From the NCBI GenBank assembly GCA_964635675.1, contig CAZWPT010000043.1, positions 14,963 to 78,962 on the forward strand: 64,000 nucleotides of DNA. Direction: 5' to 3'. The translations under genes were made by a program, and so were the position numbers. Within the stretch, counting starts at the first letter, position 1. Each line of letters starts with the position of its first letter. Origin of the DNA: an uncultured Nitrososphaerota archaeon (lineage in GTDB: Archaea > Thermoproteota > EX4484-205 > JAAOZP01). Below the pieces are notes generated by a model. That model was given only the letters and a program-made list of their open reading frames with translations, was not told the origin of the DNA and did no database searches. Positions 39,037 through 49,512 of the stretch are shown piece by piece.

Positions 39037-39123
39037 AACACTCTTCGGGAAAAGAATCGTGGCGCAAGCGGTGTAGCCGTTGAGCTCTGCTTTCCACCCG
39101 TGTTTCCTTAAACCCGTTTCCCT

Positions 39124-39563
39124 CTAGCGTGCCCACTCCGGTGTCCGCGCCCTCTCAACGGAATCTGTCTTCGGAACATAGGTTTTATGTCGATCACCGG
39201 GGATTTTTCAAAAGCATCCAGCCCCCTGACCGTCAGGGTGTTCTCTCCCCTCTCCAGGAGTTCGACGACGCACAGCCCCACCGGGTTTGGGCGGGCTGGG
39301 CTCCTGCAGGCGAAGACTCCGGTTAACACGTTAACCGTACGCTTCTTCGGGTAGACAAGCAGGGTTCGCCTCTCCTCCTCGCCGCACAGGTGGAGCCAGT
39401 AGAGCACTATCAGGTGTGAAAACTCCTCTATGCCTCTAAGCCCGCTGCAAAACTCAGGGTAGATCCTTATCTTCGCCCAATCCTCTTCAACGCTCTCGAC
39501 GAAGCCTATGAAGCGGACCTGGGCGCGTCCATCCGCAGTATGCTCCACACTCTCTTCTCTCAT
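39124..39563 (-). pseudogene. tsaA: TsaA/TrmO tRNA m6t6A37 methyltransferase, 1-nt frameshift near 39181
   Basis: 'GVFACRSPARPNPVGL', 'IDIKP' then 'YVPKTDSV...PEW' in another frame. Confidence 0.85.
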
Positions 39564-39990
39564 TCCTGGAAGCCTTGAGAAACCGGTTAACGGCTGGATT
39601 AATATTTTTTCACACCGGCTTGCAGGCTTACGCTTACCGAGCGAACAGCTCGCGCTAAACGTAGCCGGAGCCGTCTACAAGCATATGTAGCGCGCCGACC
39701 CCCTCTTTAAACCCCTGCATGCCGCGTTACTTTAAAAGCTGGAGAGCACGTTTCAAGAGTGAGCGCCCGGGTTGAAAACTTGCCACTTGATTATTTAAGC
39801 TTTCGCAACTCCTCTCTTAATAGTGCGTCTTCCTAGCCATCCACGCCGTGTTTCGCGAAGCTCTCATCAATCCTCCAAGAATCTCTATTTTTAAAAAAAC
39901 GGTGAAAAAGCTTTAACCACTTGGAGCGTGCGCAAGCATGCGCCTCCTAAGCAGGTAAAAGTTTAAGTTTAGAGTAATGACGCTAGTTCT

Positions 39991-41961
39991 ATGGAGTGCG
40001 AAAACCCTGATCTGAACAGCGGGACTCAGATATATGTTGTTGGGGAAAACCCTGTCGTCGGTTTTGCAGCGGAAGAGCTGTCCCGGTATCTGGAAAAAAT
40101 GACTGGGCTGAAGCATCACGTTAAAAATATAGATGTTTACAGGGGTGAAGAGGGTATTTGCTTGGGTCTGCCTGGAGACCTTATGCTTGCCGGCGTCAAC
40201 CTCGACGTCAGCGGAGACGAGGAAAGGGACACGATAATCCTGAAGACGGTTGGGCGATGCTTATTTATCTCCGGATCCAACCCTAGGAGCGTTCTATTCG
40301 CCTCATACTACTATTTGAAACAGCACGGGGCGGAATGGTTATGGCCGGGTGAGGATGGAGAGTTTTTGCCGAGCATTAAGAAGGCGAGGACAGATGGCTT
40401 CGACGTTGAGGAACCCGCTTCATACGTTCACCGGGGCGTATGTATTGAAGGGGCGGTAACACCCGAGATGGCTATAGATTTCGTAGACTGGATGGCTAAG
40501 CAAAGGCTCAACGAGTTTTTCCTACAGTTTAAAACGTCGCGCTATTTCTACAACAGGTGTTACGCTAGAAAATACAACCCGATGGCAGAGCCCTCTCCAG
40601 AGATTTCTGTGGAAGAGTCTCTGAAACAGGATTCTAGAATAATAATGGAGTTGAAGAAAAGAGGCATGATTGTCGAACGCGTGGGACACGGTTGGACCTG
40701 TGAGTCAATCGGTATTCAAGGCCTCGGATGGGATCCTGAGGAAGGCGTGGTTAAGGATGAGCAAAGGCAGCTTCTAGCCCTGGTAAACGGGAAGAGGGAG
40801 CTGTTTGGCGGGATTGCTGTTAACACGGAGCTCTGCTACTCGAACCCTAAAGCGTTTCAGATGATTGTCGACCATTTTGTTCAATACGCGTTGGAACACC
40901 CTGAGGTGGACATACTCCACTTCTGGCTCTCAGACGGGATGAACAATCACTGTGAATGCCCGGAATGCCGGAAAATGTCTCCGTCCGACTGGTATTCGAA
41001 GCTTGTAAACGCTGTGTCACACAGACTCGGAGAATTGAATTGCAAGACGAGAATCGTCTTCCTGTGCTACGCAAACACTCTCTGGGCTCCAACCGAGGAA
41101 TTTGTCGACAACAAGTATGGAAACACTATCTTCATGTTCGCGCCGATAAGCCGTTGCTATCTTCACCCTCTCTACGATGAGAAGTGTTCAGAATCGGCCC
41201 CTCTTACAGCGCCCTCGAGGAACAGAATAGTTCCACCTAGGACAAACCATGAGTTCATCCAGTTGCTTAGGGCCTGGCAGAAAACTTTGAGTTCAGACAG
41301 CTTTCTGTTCGATTACCACCTCTGGTTCGCATTCGGCTTCGACTTCCTGAAAGGGGATATTGGGAAAATCCTGTGGCGAGACCTGCATGATCTGGATGAA
41401 ATTGGATTAAACGGCCTACTATCCTGCCAAACCCTCCGCGCCTTCTATCCGACGGGGATCAGCATGAAGATACTTGCTGAAACACTCTGGAATAAAAACG
41501 CCAGTCTAGAAGAAATTAGGAGGCGTTATCTTCAGGCAGCGTTCGGCAGCTCAGCAGGGTTTGTTTCAGAATACTTGGAGAAGGTCTACTCGTTTATCGA
41601 TGCAAGCAGCTACGAGCATAGGGAGTACTTGCCGAAGCCAGAAAACCCGGCAAAACTGCTTGAATTCGTCAAGGAGAGTAGAAAACAGATTGAGAAAATC
41701 GCGCAGAACAGTGAAGAGCCTGTTCAAAAAAGGTCCGCTATCATTCTCCTCCACCACAATACTTTCATCACGCTTGTTCTCGAGGCTATTGAACAGTATA
41801 TTCAGGAAAACTATGAGAAGGCGCTTGAATCAATGAGGAAAGCGCTGAACCATTTCCTGTCAACCGAGGACGAGCTTGTTAAAATCGTCGACGTCTTTAT
41901 AGTAAGCCTCGCAATAAACCGGCTTTCCTCAGCAATTCAATCCAGGAAATTGTTTGCATAG
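39991..41961 (+). CDS. DUF4838 domain protein (glycoside hydrolase-like)
   Basis: N-term 'FAAEEL.RYL', GH67-like 'ISGSNPRSVLFA.Y', 'ELCYSN', 'CECPEC'. Confidence 0.75.
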   Translation: MECENPDLNSGTQIYVVGENPVVGFAAEELSRYLEKMTGLKHHVKNIDVYRGEEGICLGLPGDLMLAGVNLDVSGDEERDTIILKTVGRCLFISGSNPRSVLFASYYYLKQHGAEWLWPGEDGEFLPSIKKARTDGFDVEEPASYVHRGVCIEGAVTPEMAIDFVDWMAKQRLNEFFLQFKTSRYFYNRCYARKYNPMAEPSPEISVEESLKQDSRIIMELKKRGMIVERVGHGWTCESIGIQGLGWDPEEGVVKDEQRQLLALVNGKRELFGGIAVNTELCYSNPKAFQMIVDHFVQYALEHPEVDILHFWLSDGMNNHCECPECRKMSPSDWYSKLVNAVSHRLGELNCKTRIVFLCYANTLWAPTEEFVDNKYGNTIFMFAPISRCYLHPLYDEKCSESAPLTAPSRNRIVPPRTNHEFIQLLRAWQKTLSSDSFLFDYHLWFAFGFDFLKGDIGKILWRDLHDLDEIGLNGLLSCQTLRAFYPTGISMKILAETLWNKNASLEEIRRRYLQAAFGSSAGFVSEYLEKVYSFIDASSYEHREYLPKPENPAKLLEFVKESRKQIEKIAQNSEEPVQKRSAIILLHHNTFITLVLEAIEQYIQENYEKALESMRKALNHFLSTEDELVKIVDVFIVSLAINRLSSAIQSRKLFA

Positions 41962-42285
41962 GATCTGTTTCCCGAGCCGCCCACCTGTACATATTTTCTC
42001 AGCAGCCTCCGCCTTTTTTCTAAACAAGAGTGGGAACCCGGCTAGGATTCTTTTGAGGATGCGGCTGCATGGTTGCTTGCTTCCCTGCTTATTTTCACAC
42101 CCGCAGCTTTAGCACGCGCGCTAGCATGCTGCAACTAAACATTTAAAAATTCGCAACGTTCGTGGAGAGCGCGGGAGAGGGGCGGGTCTCAAGCGTGCAT
42201 TCTGCACGCTGAAACAGGGCTGTCGGAGGAAGGAGTAACCCGATGAGGATGGCCCTAGCTCTGCCATCATAGCGCGCTGTCCTCA

Positions 42286-42349
42286 TCACGTTTTTAAGTA
42301 TGCTTTGCCCTCTTCAATAACAACCTCGTATTTCTTCAAGGGCTTTACT
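42286..42349 (-). pseudogene. C-terminal fragment resembling a Rieske-type ferredoxin
   Basis: 'VKPLKKYEVVIEEGKAYLKT*' starting at AGCGCGCGCT 42350. Confidence 0.45.
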
Positions 42350-42368
42350 AGCGCGCGCTCAGAAAAAA

Positions 42369-42396
42369 CTTATAAGCTATAGCTTATAAGCTATAG
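42369..42396. promoter_or_regulatory. TATA/operator palindrome of VapBC
   Basis: perfect 22-bp palindrome CTTATAAGCTATAGCTTATAAG, also a 14-bp tandem repeat. Confidence 0.65.
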
Positions 42397-42400
42397 CGAT

Positions 42401-42601
42401 ATGACGAGCACCATACAGGTGAAACGCCGCAACCTAAGATTGTTAGAAGCGTTAAAGAAACGCATGGGTTTGAAAAGCTACGACGAGGTTATTGAAAGGC
42501 TTCTCGAAGAGAAAGCCGGCATACCGGCCGACATGTTTGGAGTAGACAAGGGGAGGGTTTCAAGGTTTACTGAGAAGGATAGGATGGAGGACAGGGATTG
42601 A
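42401..42601 (+). CDS. vapB: VapB-type antitoxin
   Basis: 'TIQV...L..LKK..G.KSYDEVIERL'; overlaps the PIN gene. Confidence 0.85.
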   Translation: MTSTIQVKRRNLRLLEALKKRMGLKSYDEVIERLLEEKAGIPADMFGVDKGRVSRFTEKDRMEDRD

Positions 42602-42999
42602 TCGTCGCAGACAGTTACGCGTGGATCGAGTACTTTCTGGGCAGTGACTCCGGAAAGATCCTGAAGGACCATATGGATTCGGAGGAGCTGGTTACTCCAT
42701 CAATCGTGCTGGCTGAGGTTGCGAGAAAATACCTGCGTGAAGGCATTGGGGAAGAAGATGTTGTTAAAAGGCTCAGCTTTATCGTGGCAAGCAGCACCGT
42801 GAAGGAGATCGATCCTGAGCTGAGTATGGCGGCGGCGAAGGCTTATCTGGAGCTTTCTGAAAAAGCGAAAGCGAAGGGGCTTAGAAAACCCAGTCTGACA
42901 GATGGAATCGTGTTGGCTTCAGGAAGAACTCTTAAAGCCAAAATAGTCACTGGAGACGAACATTTCAAAGGATTAGATGAAGTAGTATACATAGGTTGA
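42598..42999 (+). CDS. vapC: VapC PIN toxin
   Basis: 'DSYAWIEY', 'SLTDGI', 'VTGDEHF'. Confidence 0.92.
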   Translation: MIVADSYAWIEYFLGSDSGKILKDHMDSEELVTPSIVLAEVARKYLREGIGEEDVVKRLSFIVASSTVKEIDPELSMAAAKAYLELSEKAKAKGLRKPSLTDGIVLASGRTLKAKIVTGDEHFKGLDEVVYIG

Positions 43000-43176
43000 C
43001 AGTGCAGCGCACAAAGCCATCCGTCACGTTGCTTTGGCTTCCACATAAGATAAAGCCGCCTGATGCTTAAGCACAAGGTTTTAATAAAGCCGGCTTATTA
43101 ACCGTGCCTGAAGGTTGCACGAGGAGAATCTGACTAACGGGAAACGGTTTTCAAGCGCGCCACTAAAAACCAGGGG

Positions 43177-43998
43177 GTGTTAGTCTTTTCAGACAAGTTC
43201 ATCGTTTATTATTTCAGTCTGGTTCTGTTAATCGACGGTCTAGCATACGCTCCGTGGGTTTTGGCTTCATACGGCATGTTTCCGTCTGATCTGATTTCTG
43301 TTTCCGTGATCCTTGGCGGCGTCTCTCCAACTATTGCCGCACTCGTAGCAGCCAGACTTGAATTTGGGAGAGGCGGAGCGGAATATTTATTCAGCCAGTT
43401 CGCCCGCAAGGGTTTTTCAAAACTGTGGTTTTTGATGCCTGTCCTCCTCCCCTTGGTTCTTGCGGTCTGTTCGGTCTTGCTGTGGACTATAGCTGGGGGA
43501 AAATATACTCTGGACTTGACGAAGCTGCACGAGTTTCCGCCGATCCTGATTACGAGTTTCTTAATGAACATGTGGGAGGAAATAGGGTGGAGAGGCTACT
43601 CTTTACCCGCGCTGCAAAAGAAATACAGTGCGCTTGCTTCGAGCCTAATTGTCGGAGTGTTTTGGGCATTGTGGCACTGGCCACATTTTGCAGTCAAAGA
43701 CAGCATTATGGCAGTCAATTACCATAATTTTCTCTGGTTTGCCATTTTCACACTCTTCTACTCCGTCTCTTATACGTGGCTCTACAACTCCACTAAAGGA
43801 AGCTTATTCATAGTGTCGCTGTACCATGCATCCACAAACGCAGCAAACACCATACTATTTGTTGAAGCCAGTATCGCCAGTTCCATCTTCCCATTCTATT
43901 TTCTGACAGTTATCATTCTCGTCCTCGTCCTAGTTTTTGTATTCAAGCCAAATTCTTTATACAGTAAAAAGGAGAAGATCCGACGTGCGCGCGGTTAG
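43177..43998 (+). CDS. CPBP/Abi (CAAX) intramembrane metalloprotease
   Basis: 'EEIGWRG', 'WALWH', 'H...N'. Confidence 0.9.
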   Translation: MLVFSDKFIVYYFSLVLLIDGLAYAPWVLASYGMFPSDLISVSVILGGVSPTIAALVAARLEFGRGGAEYLFSQFARKGFSKLWFLMPVLLPLVLAVCSVLLWTIAGGKYTLDLTKLHEFPPILITSFLMNMWEEIGWRGYSLPALQKKYSALASSLIVGVFWALWHWPHFAVKDSIMAVNYHNFLWFAIFTLFYSVSYTWLYNSTKGSLFIVSLYHASTNAANTILFVEASIASSIFPFYFLTVIILVLVLVFVFKPNSLYSKKEKIRRARG

Positions 43999-44387
43999 CA
44001 GACAACTTATTAATTATCTTAAAGACCCCATTTTTTAACGAATAGCGCGCGCTAAAACAGCGTTACTCAAGTGCAAGCAGTATCTCTTTCTACGTCAGCC
44101 AGGCGGCGTAAAGCAAGGCAGCCTAAATATCCTCCGAGGAAAGGCTCAGCATTCTTCAACCGAATCCTTAGCGCGCGCTCCATAGATGTTTAAATACTAT
44201 TTTCATAATATACTGACTATTAGGAATTGACTGCCCTGATTAAAGAACTTGTCTACGATTATCTTCTGCTGGTTAACATCGCGCGCTATCGCTGACTTTA
44301 TGGCTTCTATGCTTACCATATTTATCAACGCAAACTTTCTCTTAGGGGCTTTTTCATTCAAGAAGAACGGTCTTTCGACTAAATTAA

Positions 44388-44540
44388 CTAGTCAAGAAAC
44401 GTTTTTGGACGATTAGCAAGCAGCCTAACCGCATCGTAAACCATCTTCTCGTTAACAGCACCAGTGCAAACAAGTTTCCCAGAAGCAAATAATAATATAA
44501 CTACATCAGGATCATGCATACGATATATTAAGACTATCTT
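44388..44540 (-). pseudogene. tbp: TATA-binding protein C-terminal fragment
   Basis: 'LIYRMHDPDVVILLFASGKLVCTGA' is the TBP signature; starts at AGCGCT 44543-44548. Confidence 0.85.
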
Positions 44541-44546
44541 TAAGCG

Positions 44547-44774
44547 CTATTGGAGAAGTTTGGCAAATTCTTCTACTGTTAAGCCGGCTTGACGGATTAT
44601 TGCTCTTAATGTTCCTTTAGCGATCTCTCTGTGGAGTGGTACGGTTATCCTTCTATACGGGTATTCTTTATGTCTGAGTATGATGTGGCCACCAGTCTGA
44701 TGATCCACCTCATAGCCGATCTTAGACAAGGCCTTTACAACTTCTAGGCCAGAAACAACGGGAAGCTTAGACAT
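44547..44774 (-). CDS. hicA: HicA toxin
   Basis: 'G.H.IL', 'TVPLH.EI.KGTLR.I'. Confidence 0.92.
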   Translation of the reverse strand: MSKLPVVSGLEVVKALSKIGYEVDHQTGGHIILRHKEYPYRRITVPLHREIAKGTLRAIIRQAGLTVEEFAKLLQ

Positions 44775-44979
44775 GAATCTCTACAAGCTCTTCCTCTATT
44801 GATGGAGGTATAGGCTCACCGTGTTTCTTCAGGCTTTCCAAGTAGCCTCGAATAGCATCCTTTATGTTTTCAATGGCTTCTTCCCTAGTCTTCCCCTGAG
44901 AAATACAGCCAGGCAACACGGGAACCTTAGCCACGTAGAAACCATCTTCATCTCGCTCCAGCAGTACTCTAAACTTCAT
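44767..44979 (-). CDS. hicB: HicB antitoxin
   Basis: 'VP.LPGC.SQG.T.EEA..N..DAI'. Confidence 0.92.
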   Translation of the reverse strand: MKFRVLLERDEDGFYVAKVPVLPGCISQGKTREEAIENIKDAIRGYLESLKKHGEPIPPSIEEELVEIHV

Positions 44980-45260
44980 GAAATAGGGTCTAGGGAACAA
45001 AATATTTAAGCATTACCAAAGGCTCCGGTAGAAAGGCTTCTAAGAGTGCAAGTAGTATCTATTTCTCCGTCAGCCTAAGTGCGTAGAGAATAGTGGTCTT
45101 ACGCGCGCTAAGCAGTAGCACTCTGGGTTTTGTCATTATAAGGCAGGGTAGCTGACTTTCTTCTTAGTTTCCCAATCCTCTCAGCCATTTAGAATGGTTC
45201 TGAAGATTTTTTTAACCATCAGCAAGGCTTAAAAGAATCAGATGTTGATTTTGTTAAGGC

Positions 45261-45455
45261 ATGGGCGAGCGTTACATCGTTGATGAAAAAGGAGAGAAGA
45301 AAGAGGTAGTTATTCCTATTGAAGAATACGAGGAGCTTCTTGAAGACCTGCACGACCTTGCCGTAATAGCTGAGCGCAGGGATGAGCCGACGGTCCCCCT
45401 AGAGGAAATAATAGAGAAATTGAAGAAGAATGGTATACTACCGTGTTCTACTTAA
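45261..45455 (+). CDS. RelB-like antitoxin
   Basis: 'VVIPIEEYEELLEDL.D'; overlaps relE. Confidence 0.8.
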   Translation: MGERYIVDEKGEKKEVVIPIEEYEELLEDLHDLAVIAERRDEPTVPLEEIIEKLKKNGILPCST

Positions 45456-45696
45456 GAAGCCTGTCGATAAAGATCTGAGAAGAATAAACCCAACTCAGGT
45501 TCTAAGAATAATCGAGGCCATAAGGGAACTGGCTGTAAACCCATTTCCAGCGAGCTCACGGAAACTCAGGGGCTCGGAGAATCTTTACAGAGTGAGGATA
45601 GGAGACTATAGGATAGTTTATCAAGTAAATGATAAAAGTAAGACTGTTACCGTACACTATGTAAGGCACAGAAGAACTGCTTACAAGCCTCTCTAA
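45430..45696 (+). CDS. relE: RelE/ParE family toxin
   Basis: 'KLRG...YRVRIGDYRIVY', 'VRHR'. Confidence 0.92.
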   Translation: MVYYRVLLKKPVDKDLRRINPTQVLRIIEAIRELAVNPFPASSRKLRGSENLYRVRIGDYRIVYQVNDKSKTVTVHYVRHRRTAYKPL

Positions 45697-45763
45697 CTTA
45701 AATTTAGGGAGGCGGGTGGTCTAGTTGAGCGGTTCAACCGCCGGTGGGCAAATCCTTACGGCC

Positions 45764-45998
45764 ATGGTTGAGAGGGGTCATAGGCCGGAGTATAGGCAGC
45801 TCTACTTCAAGGCGAGCGAGATAAGGAGCATACTGGGGGATGGAGAGTGTTTCTTCGAAGTCATGGTTAGGGGTAAAGCCGTCGTGAAGAAGTAGAATCC
45901 TGAGCGTCAACGCCACCAGTACATGGTTTCAAGCTGGGTCGGGGAGCCGGGGATGGAGGTGGAGGTAGAGTTGAAGAGGCTCAGCGATAAGGAGGTTA
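45764..45998 (+). pseudogene. unidentified gene fragment with internal stop, truncated at the palindrome
   Basis: coding-like frame 'MVERGHRPEYRQLYF...VVKK*NP...ELKRLSDKEV' running into AGCGCGCGCT. Confidence 0.4.
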
Positions 45999-46019
45999 GC
46001 GCGCGCTAACCTCCTTATC
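45986..46019. repeat. perfect 34-bp palindrome centred on AGCGCGCGCT
   Basis: GATAAGGAGGTTAGCGC|GCGCTAACCTCCTTATC. Confidence 0.95.
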
Positions 46020-46101
46020 CGTATTTAATGCAGCATGCTATTCGAACTCAGTATGAGCAACTTATTTCATGTCCCCATCATGGTAAAAATATTTATTTAA
46101 A

Positions 46102-46195
46102 TGCCCCGAGCGGGATTTGAACCCGCGACCCCCAGCTTTCTTCAATCATAAATGTTCGAAAGGCTGGTATGCTTGCCGGGCTACACTATCGGGGC
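46102..46195 (-). tRNA. tRNA-Glu(TTC) with 19-nt intron at canonical 37/38 position (46138-46156)
   Basis: GCCCCGA acceptor stem, CCAGC/GCTGG anticodon stem with CTTTCG|A loop, GGTTCAAATCC T-arm. Confidence 0.92.
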
Positions 46196-46302
46196 ATGGG
46201 GAAGGCTTCTTCAAAGGGGGAAATAAATCTTTTTCAAACAGTTATTCTTATTCCTCCCCGGGGGATTCACGGAATTTTGCGGTATGCGTCTACGCTCTTC
46301 CC

Positions 46303-49300
46303 TCACTTAACTATTCTAATGTATATCTTTTCCCCCTCTATGTCATACTCCTTTAATGTGCTCTTGTCGCTCGGGGGCTCTTTCTCAACCTCTACTTTCT
46401 CCGCTCTAACCAGGCTTGAAAGCTCTGTCAACAGTGGCTTCAGCCTCGCGTAGCCTTCTTCGCCAACCCCGTAGACGGTGACGCTTCTCAGAATATCCGT
46501 CGGGTTTAATCCAAGCTCCTTCCTGTACGCCTGTATTCTTCTCGCAACATCCCTCATGTATCCTTCTGAGACGAGCTCGGGTGTTCTCTCAGTGTCGAGT
46601 ATCACGTAGCCTGGTTTACCCTGTGTCATCACGTGGTTTTCAGGCGGCTCATGCTCGAAAACAAGGTCTCCGGGCGTAAGCTCGAATGCTTCTCCGTCTG
46701 CTTCAACCACGTATCTTCCTTCTTTCTCGATGCTTCTCCTGGCTTCAACGGGCCTTGCTGCGACGATGCTCGCTATCTTCCCGATTTTCTCCTTGAATCT
46801 CGGCCCAGCCGTGGAGTAGTTTACTCTGGCTCTTGTCCCCACTCCTGCTTCCTCAAGGCTTTTCTCCACCACGACCTCCTTAACGTTAAGCATCTCCCGC
46901 AGCAGGCTCATGTTTCTCTCAACGCTCCCCGAGTATTCTTCGCTGAGCACCAGTATTGCTTTCCTCAGGGGCCATCTTCTCTTCACCCCGGCCTTCATCC
47001 TGGCCCAGTTCACCATGCTTACCACCTCGTCGATCCTTTCGAAATCCTTCTCAAGCTGCTCGTCAACGAGGCTTTTGTCCGGGACTGGCCACTGCTCTAG
47101 GTTTACTGATTCAGCAGTCTTGCCGCTGAACTTTTTAACAACACCCTGGTGCACGGCTTCAGCCAGGAAGGGTGTCAACGGGTTCATCAGCCTGTTGACG
47201 GTGTTCAGCGCGTGGAAGAGCGTGGCGTATATCGTCATTCTCCGCTCAAGGTCCTCCGGCGCGTCGCTCCAGAGATCCTTTCTAACCATCGGCACGTACT
47301 GTCTGCTCAGTGTTTCAACTATGAATTTCTCAAGCGCCCTAGCGGACTCGTGTATCCTCATGGTTTCAAAACCCTGCGTGACTGTCTCCACAAGCCTCTG
47401 GAGGCTTGAGAGCAGCCATTTCTCCGAGTCTTTGACGATGCCTTTCTCCATGGCCCATTCAATGCTGTACGCGTCGTAGCTGAACCCGTCGTACTCCGCG
47501 TTCTGCTTAAGCAGCTTCCCCAGGTTGAAGAACGTGTTTAAAACCTGGAATGGCCTCTCCATCATCTCTTTAAAACTGAAGTTAATGTTCTCCAGCGGGT
47601 TCGTCTTCCAAAGAAGATAGAACCTGCAGAGGTCGGCTGAATACCTTGTTATAACGTCCTCAGTGTTTATAACGTTTCCCAGGCTCTTGCTCATCTTGTT
47701 CCCCTTCTCGTCTAGAACCTGCCCATAGAACAGGAAGGCCTTGTACGGTGCTTCAGCCCTGTTCCTCAATATGACGTTTTCAACGAGCAGTGTGAACGCC
47801 CATCCCCTCGTCTGGTCTATTGATTCAACGAGGAACTCGACAGGCACGTATTGTTCAAACTCCTCGTCGCTCATGCTCGCGTACGGCGCGGCCCCGCTGT
47901 TATGCCAGGTGTCGAGCACGTAGGGAACCCTGTGCATTACTCCCCCGCACGCGCACCTGACCTTAACCCTGTCTATCCACGGCTTGTGGAGCTCGAAGCC
48001 CTCTCCGTCGGGCAGGCTTACGGCTCTTTCAACAATCTTCCTCCTGGAGGCGAGGAGCTCCTCCCTGCCGCATTTCTCGCAGACGAATATTGGCAGCGGC
48101 GTCCCCCAGACTCTCTCCCTGGATATGCACCAGGGCTTCCCCTCTTTTATGAACGCTAGGAACCTGTTTCTCGGCGGGTTATAAAAATATTCTACTCTGG
48201 ACGCTGCCTCGACAAGCCTGTCCACAATCCTGTCCAGCCAGTAGAAGTACTCCGTCCTAGCCAGCCATATGAGCCTGTGCTTAGACCTCCAGCACAATGG
48301 GTATTCGTGGATAATCTTCTCCGCCTTAACCAGGAGTCCCTTCCTGTTTAAAACGTCTAGGACAACCTGGTCCGCATCCCTCGCGAAAAACCCTTTGAAG
48401 AAGCCTGCTTCCTCGGTGAACCTGGCCTCGTCGTCGAAAGGCGAGAAAACAGGTATCTTCATCCTCTGCGCAACGTCGAAGTCCTCCTCACCGTTCGCGG
48501 GCGCCAGGTGGACGACCCCCGTCCCAGTAGTGACGTCTACGAAGTCCGCGGCAACTATCCTGTGTATCCTGCTGTCCTCCTCCTCAAGCCTCCTCTGGTG
48601 TGGAACCTCCTCCAGCAGCGGGTAGAAATACTTCCTGCCCTCGAGCTCAGCCCCGGGGAATGTTTCCTCAACCGTGTAGCCGGATGCTCCAAGCCTATCC
48701 ATCAGGTTTTCAACAAGGTTTCTAACCATTATCCATTTCTCCCCGCCGACCCTGACCCTCGCGTACTCCGCCTCAGGGTTTACTGCTAGAAGCTCGTCGG
48801 TAACTATTGTGAAAGGCATCGTCGTCCAAACTAGAACATAGTCTCCCGTTTCAATCCTAACCTTGAAGTATACGGAGGGGTCTTCAACCATACTGTACTC
48901 CTGACCGACTTCAGCGTTGCTGAGCGACGTCTGGCAGCTTGGACAGTATGCTACAACCCTGTAGCCCTTCCCCAGAAGCCCCTGCTCATACGCCTTCTCA
49001 AGATACTTCCACTCTCTCTCAATATACTCGTCCCTATACGTCAGATACTCCTTCTCATAGTCCATGAACATGCCGAACCTTCTGTCAACCCTCCTCCAGT
49101 CCTCGTGATACTTGCCCAGAATCTTCTTAATCTCAGCAACGAATCTTTCCTCGCCCAGCTTCTCAAGCGCCTCCTTCTTGTTGGAGAAGCCGAGCTCCTT
49201 CTCAGCCTCGATCTCAACCGGAAGCCCCTGAGTGTCCCAGCCTGCTCTGAAGAGAACGTAGTAGCCCTGCATCGACCTCCACCTGTACCAAAGATCCTTC

Positions 49301-49512
49301 ATAGCCCTGCCCCACGTATGCCCCACGTGGCAGCGACCGTTTAGAGTCGGGGGTCCCTCAACGTATCCCATTCTCCCAATGTTTTTCTCAAGCCTTAGTC
49401 TCCGCAGCTTCTCAGGGATCTTGCTGTCCTCCCAGAACCCTACGACCGTGTTTTCAAGCTGCTGCGGGCTGTACTCGCCGTCGAACATTCTCGTAAACTC
49501 GTCCCCGGGCAT
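46303..49512 (-). CDS. ileS: isoleucyl-tRNA synthetase
   Basis: GPPTLNG..HVGH, GWDTQGLPVE, WCISRER.WG, KMSKS. Confidence 0.97.
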   Translation of the reverse strand: MPGDEFTRMFDGEYSPQQLENTVVGFWEDSKIPEKLRRLRLEKNIGRMGYVEGPPTLNGRCHVGHTWGRAMKDLWYRWRSMQGYYVLFRAGWDTQGLPVEIEAEKELGFSNKKEALEKLGEERFVAEIKKILGKYHEDWRRVDRRFGMFMDYEKEYLTYRDEYIEREWKYLEKAYEQGLLGKGYRVVAYCPSCQTSLSNAEVGQEYSMVEDPSVYFKVRIETGDYVLVWTTMPFTIVTDELLAVNPEAEYARVRVGGEKWIMVRNLVENLMDRLGASGYTVEETFPGAELEGRKYFYPLLEEVPHQRRLEEEDSRIHRIVAADFVDVTTGTGVVHLAPANGEEDFDVAQRMKIPVFSPFDDEARFTEEAGFFKGFFARDADQVVLDVLNRKGLLVKAEKIIHEYPLCWRSKHRLIWLARTEYFYWLDRIVDRLVEAASRVEYFYNPPRNRFLAFIKEGKPWCISRERVWGTPLPIFVCEKCGREELLASRRKIVERAVSLPDGEGFELHKPWIDRVKVRCACGGVMHRVPYVLDTWHNSGAAPYASMSDEEFEQYVPVEFLVESIDQTRGWAFTLLVENVILRNRAEAPYKAFLFYGQVLDEKGNKMSKSLGNVINTEDVITRYSADLCRFYLLWKTNPLENINFSFKEMMERPFQVLNTFFNLGKLLKQNAEYDGFSYDAYSIEWAMEKGIVKDSEKWLLSSLQRLVETVTQGFETMRIHESARALEKFIVETLSRQYVPMVRKDLWSDAPEDLERRMTIYATLFHALNTVNRLMNPLTPFLAEAVHQGVVKKFSGKTAESVNLEQWPVPDKSLVDEQLEKDFERIDEVVSMVNWARMKAGVKRRWPLRKAILVLSEEYSGSVERNMSLLREMLNVKEVVVEKSLEEAGVGTRARVNYSTAGPRFKEKIGKIASIVAARPVEARRSIEKEGRYVVEADGEAFELTPGDLVFEHEPPENHVMTQGKPGYVILDTERTPELVSEGYMRDVARRIQAYRKELGLNPTDILRSVTVYGVGEEGYARLKPLLTELSSLVRAEKVEVEKEPPSDKSTLKEYDIEGEKIYIRIVK

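Noticed and set aside
46633-49344. Antisense ORFs over ileS and other long genes
   Set aside because: Shadow ORFs from codon bias with no recognisable motifs.
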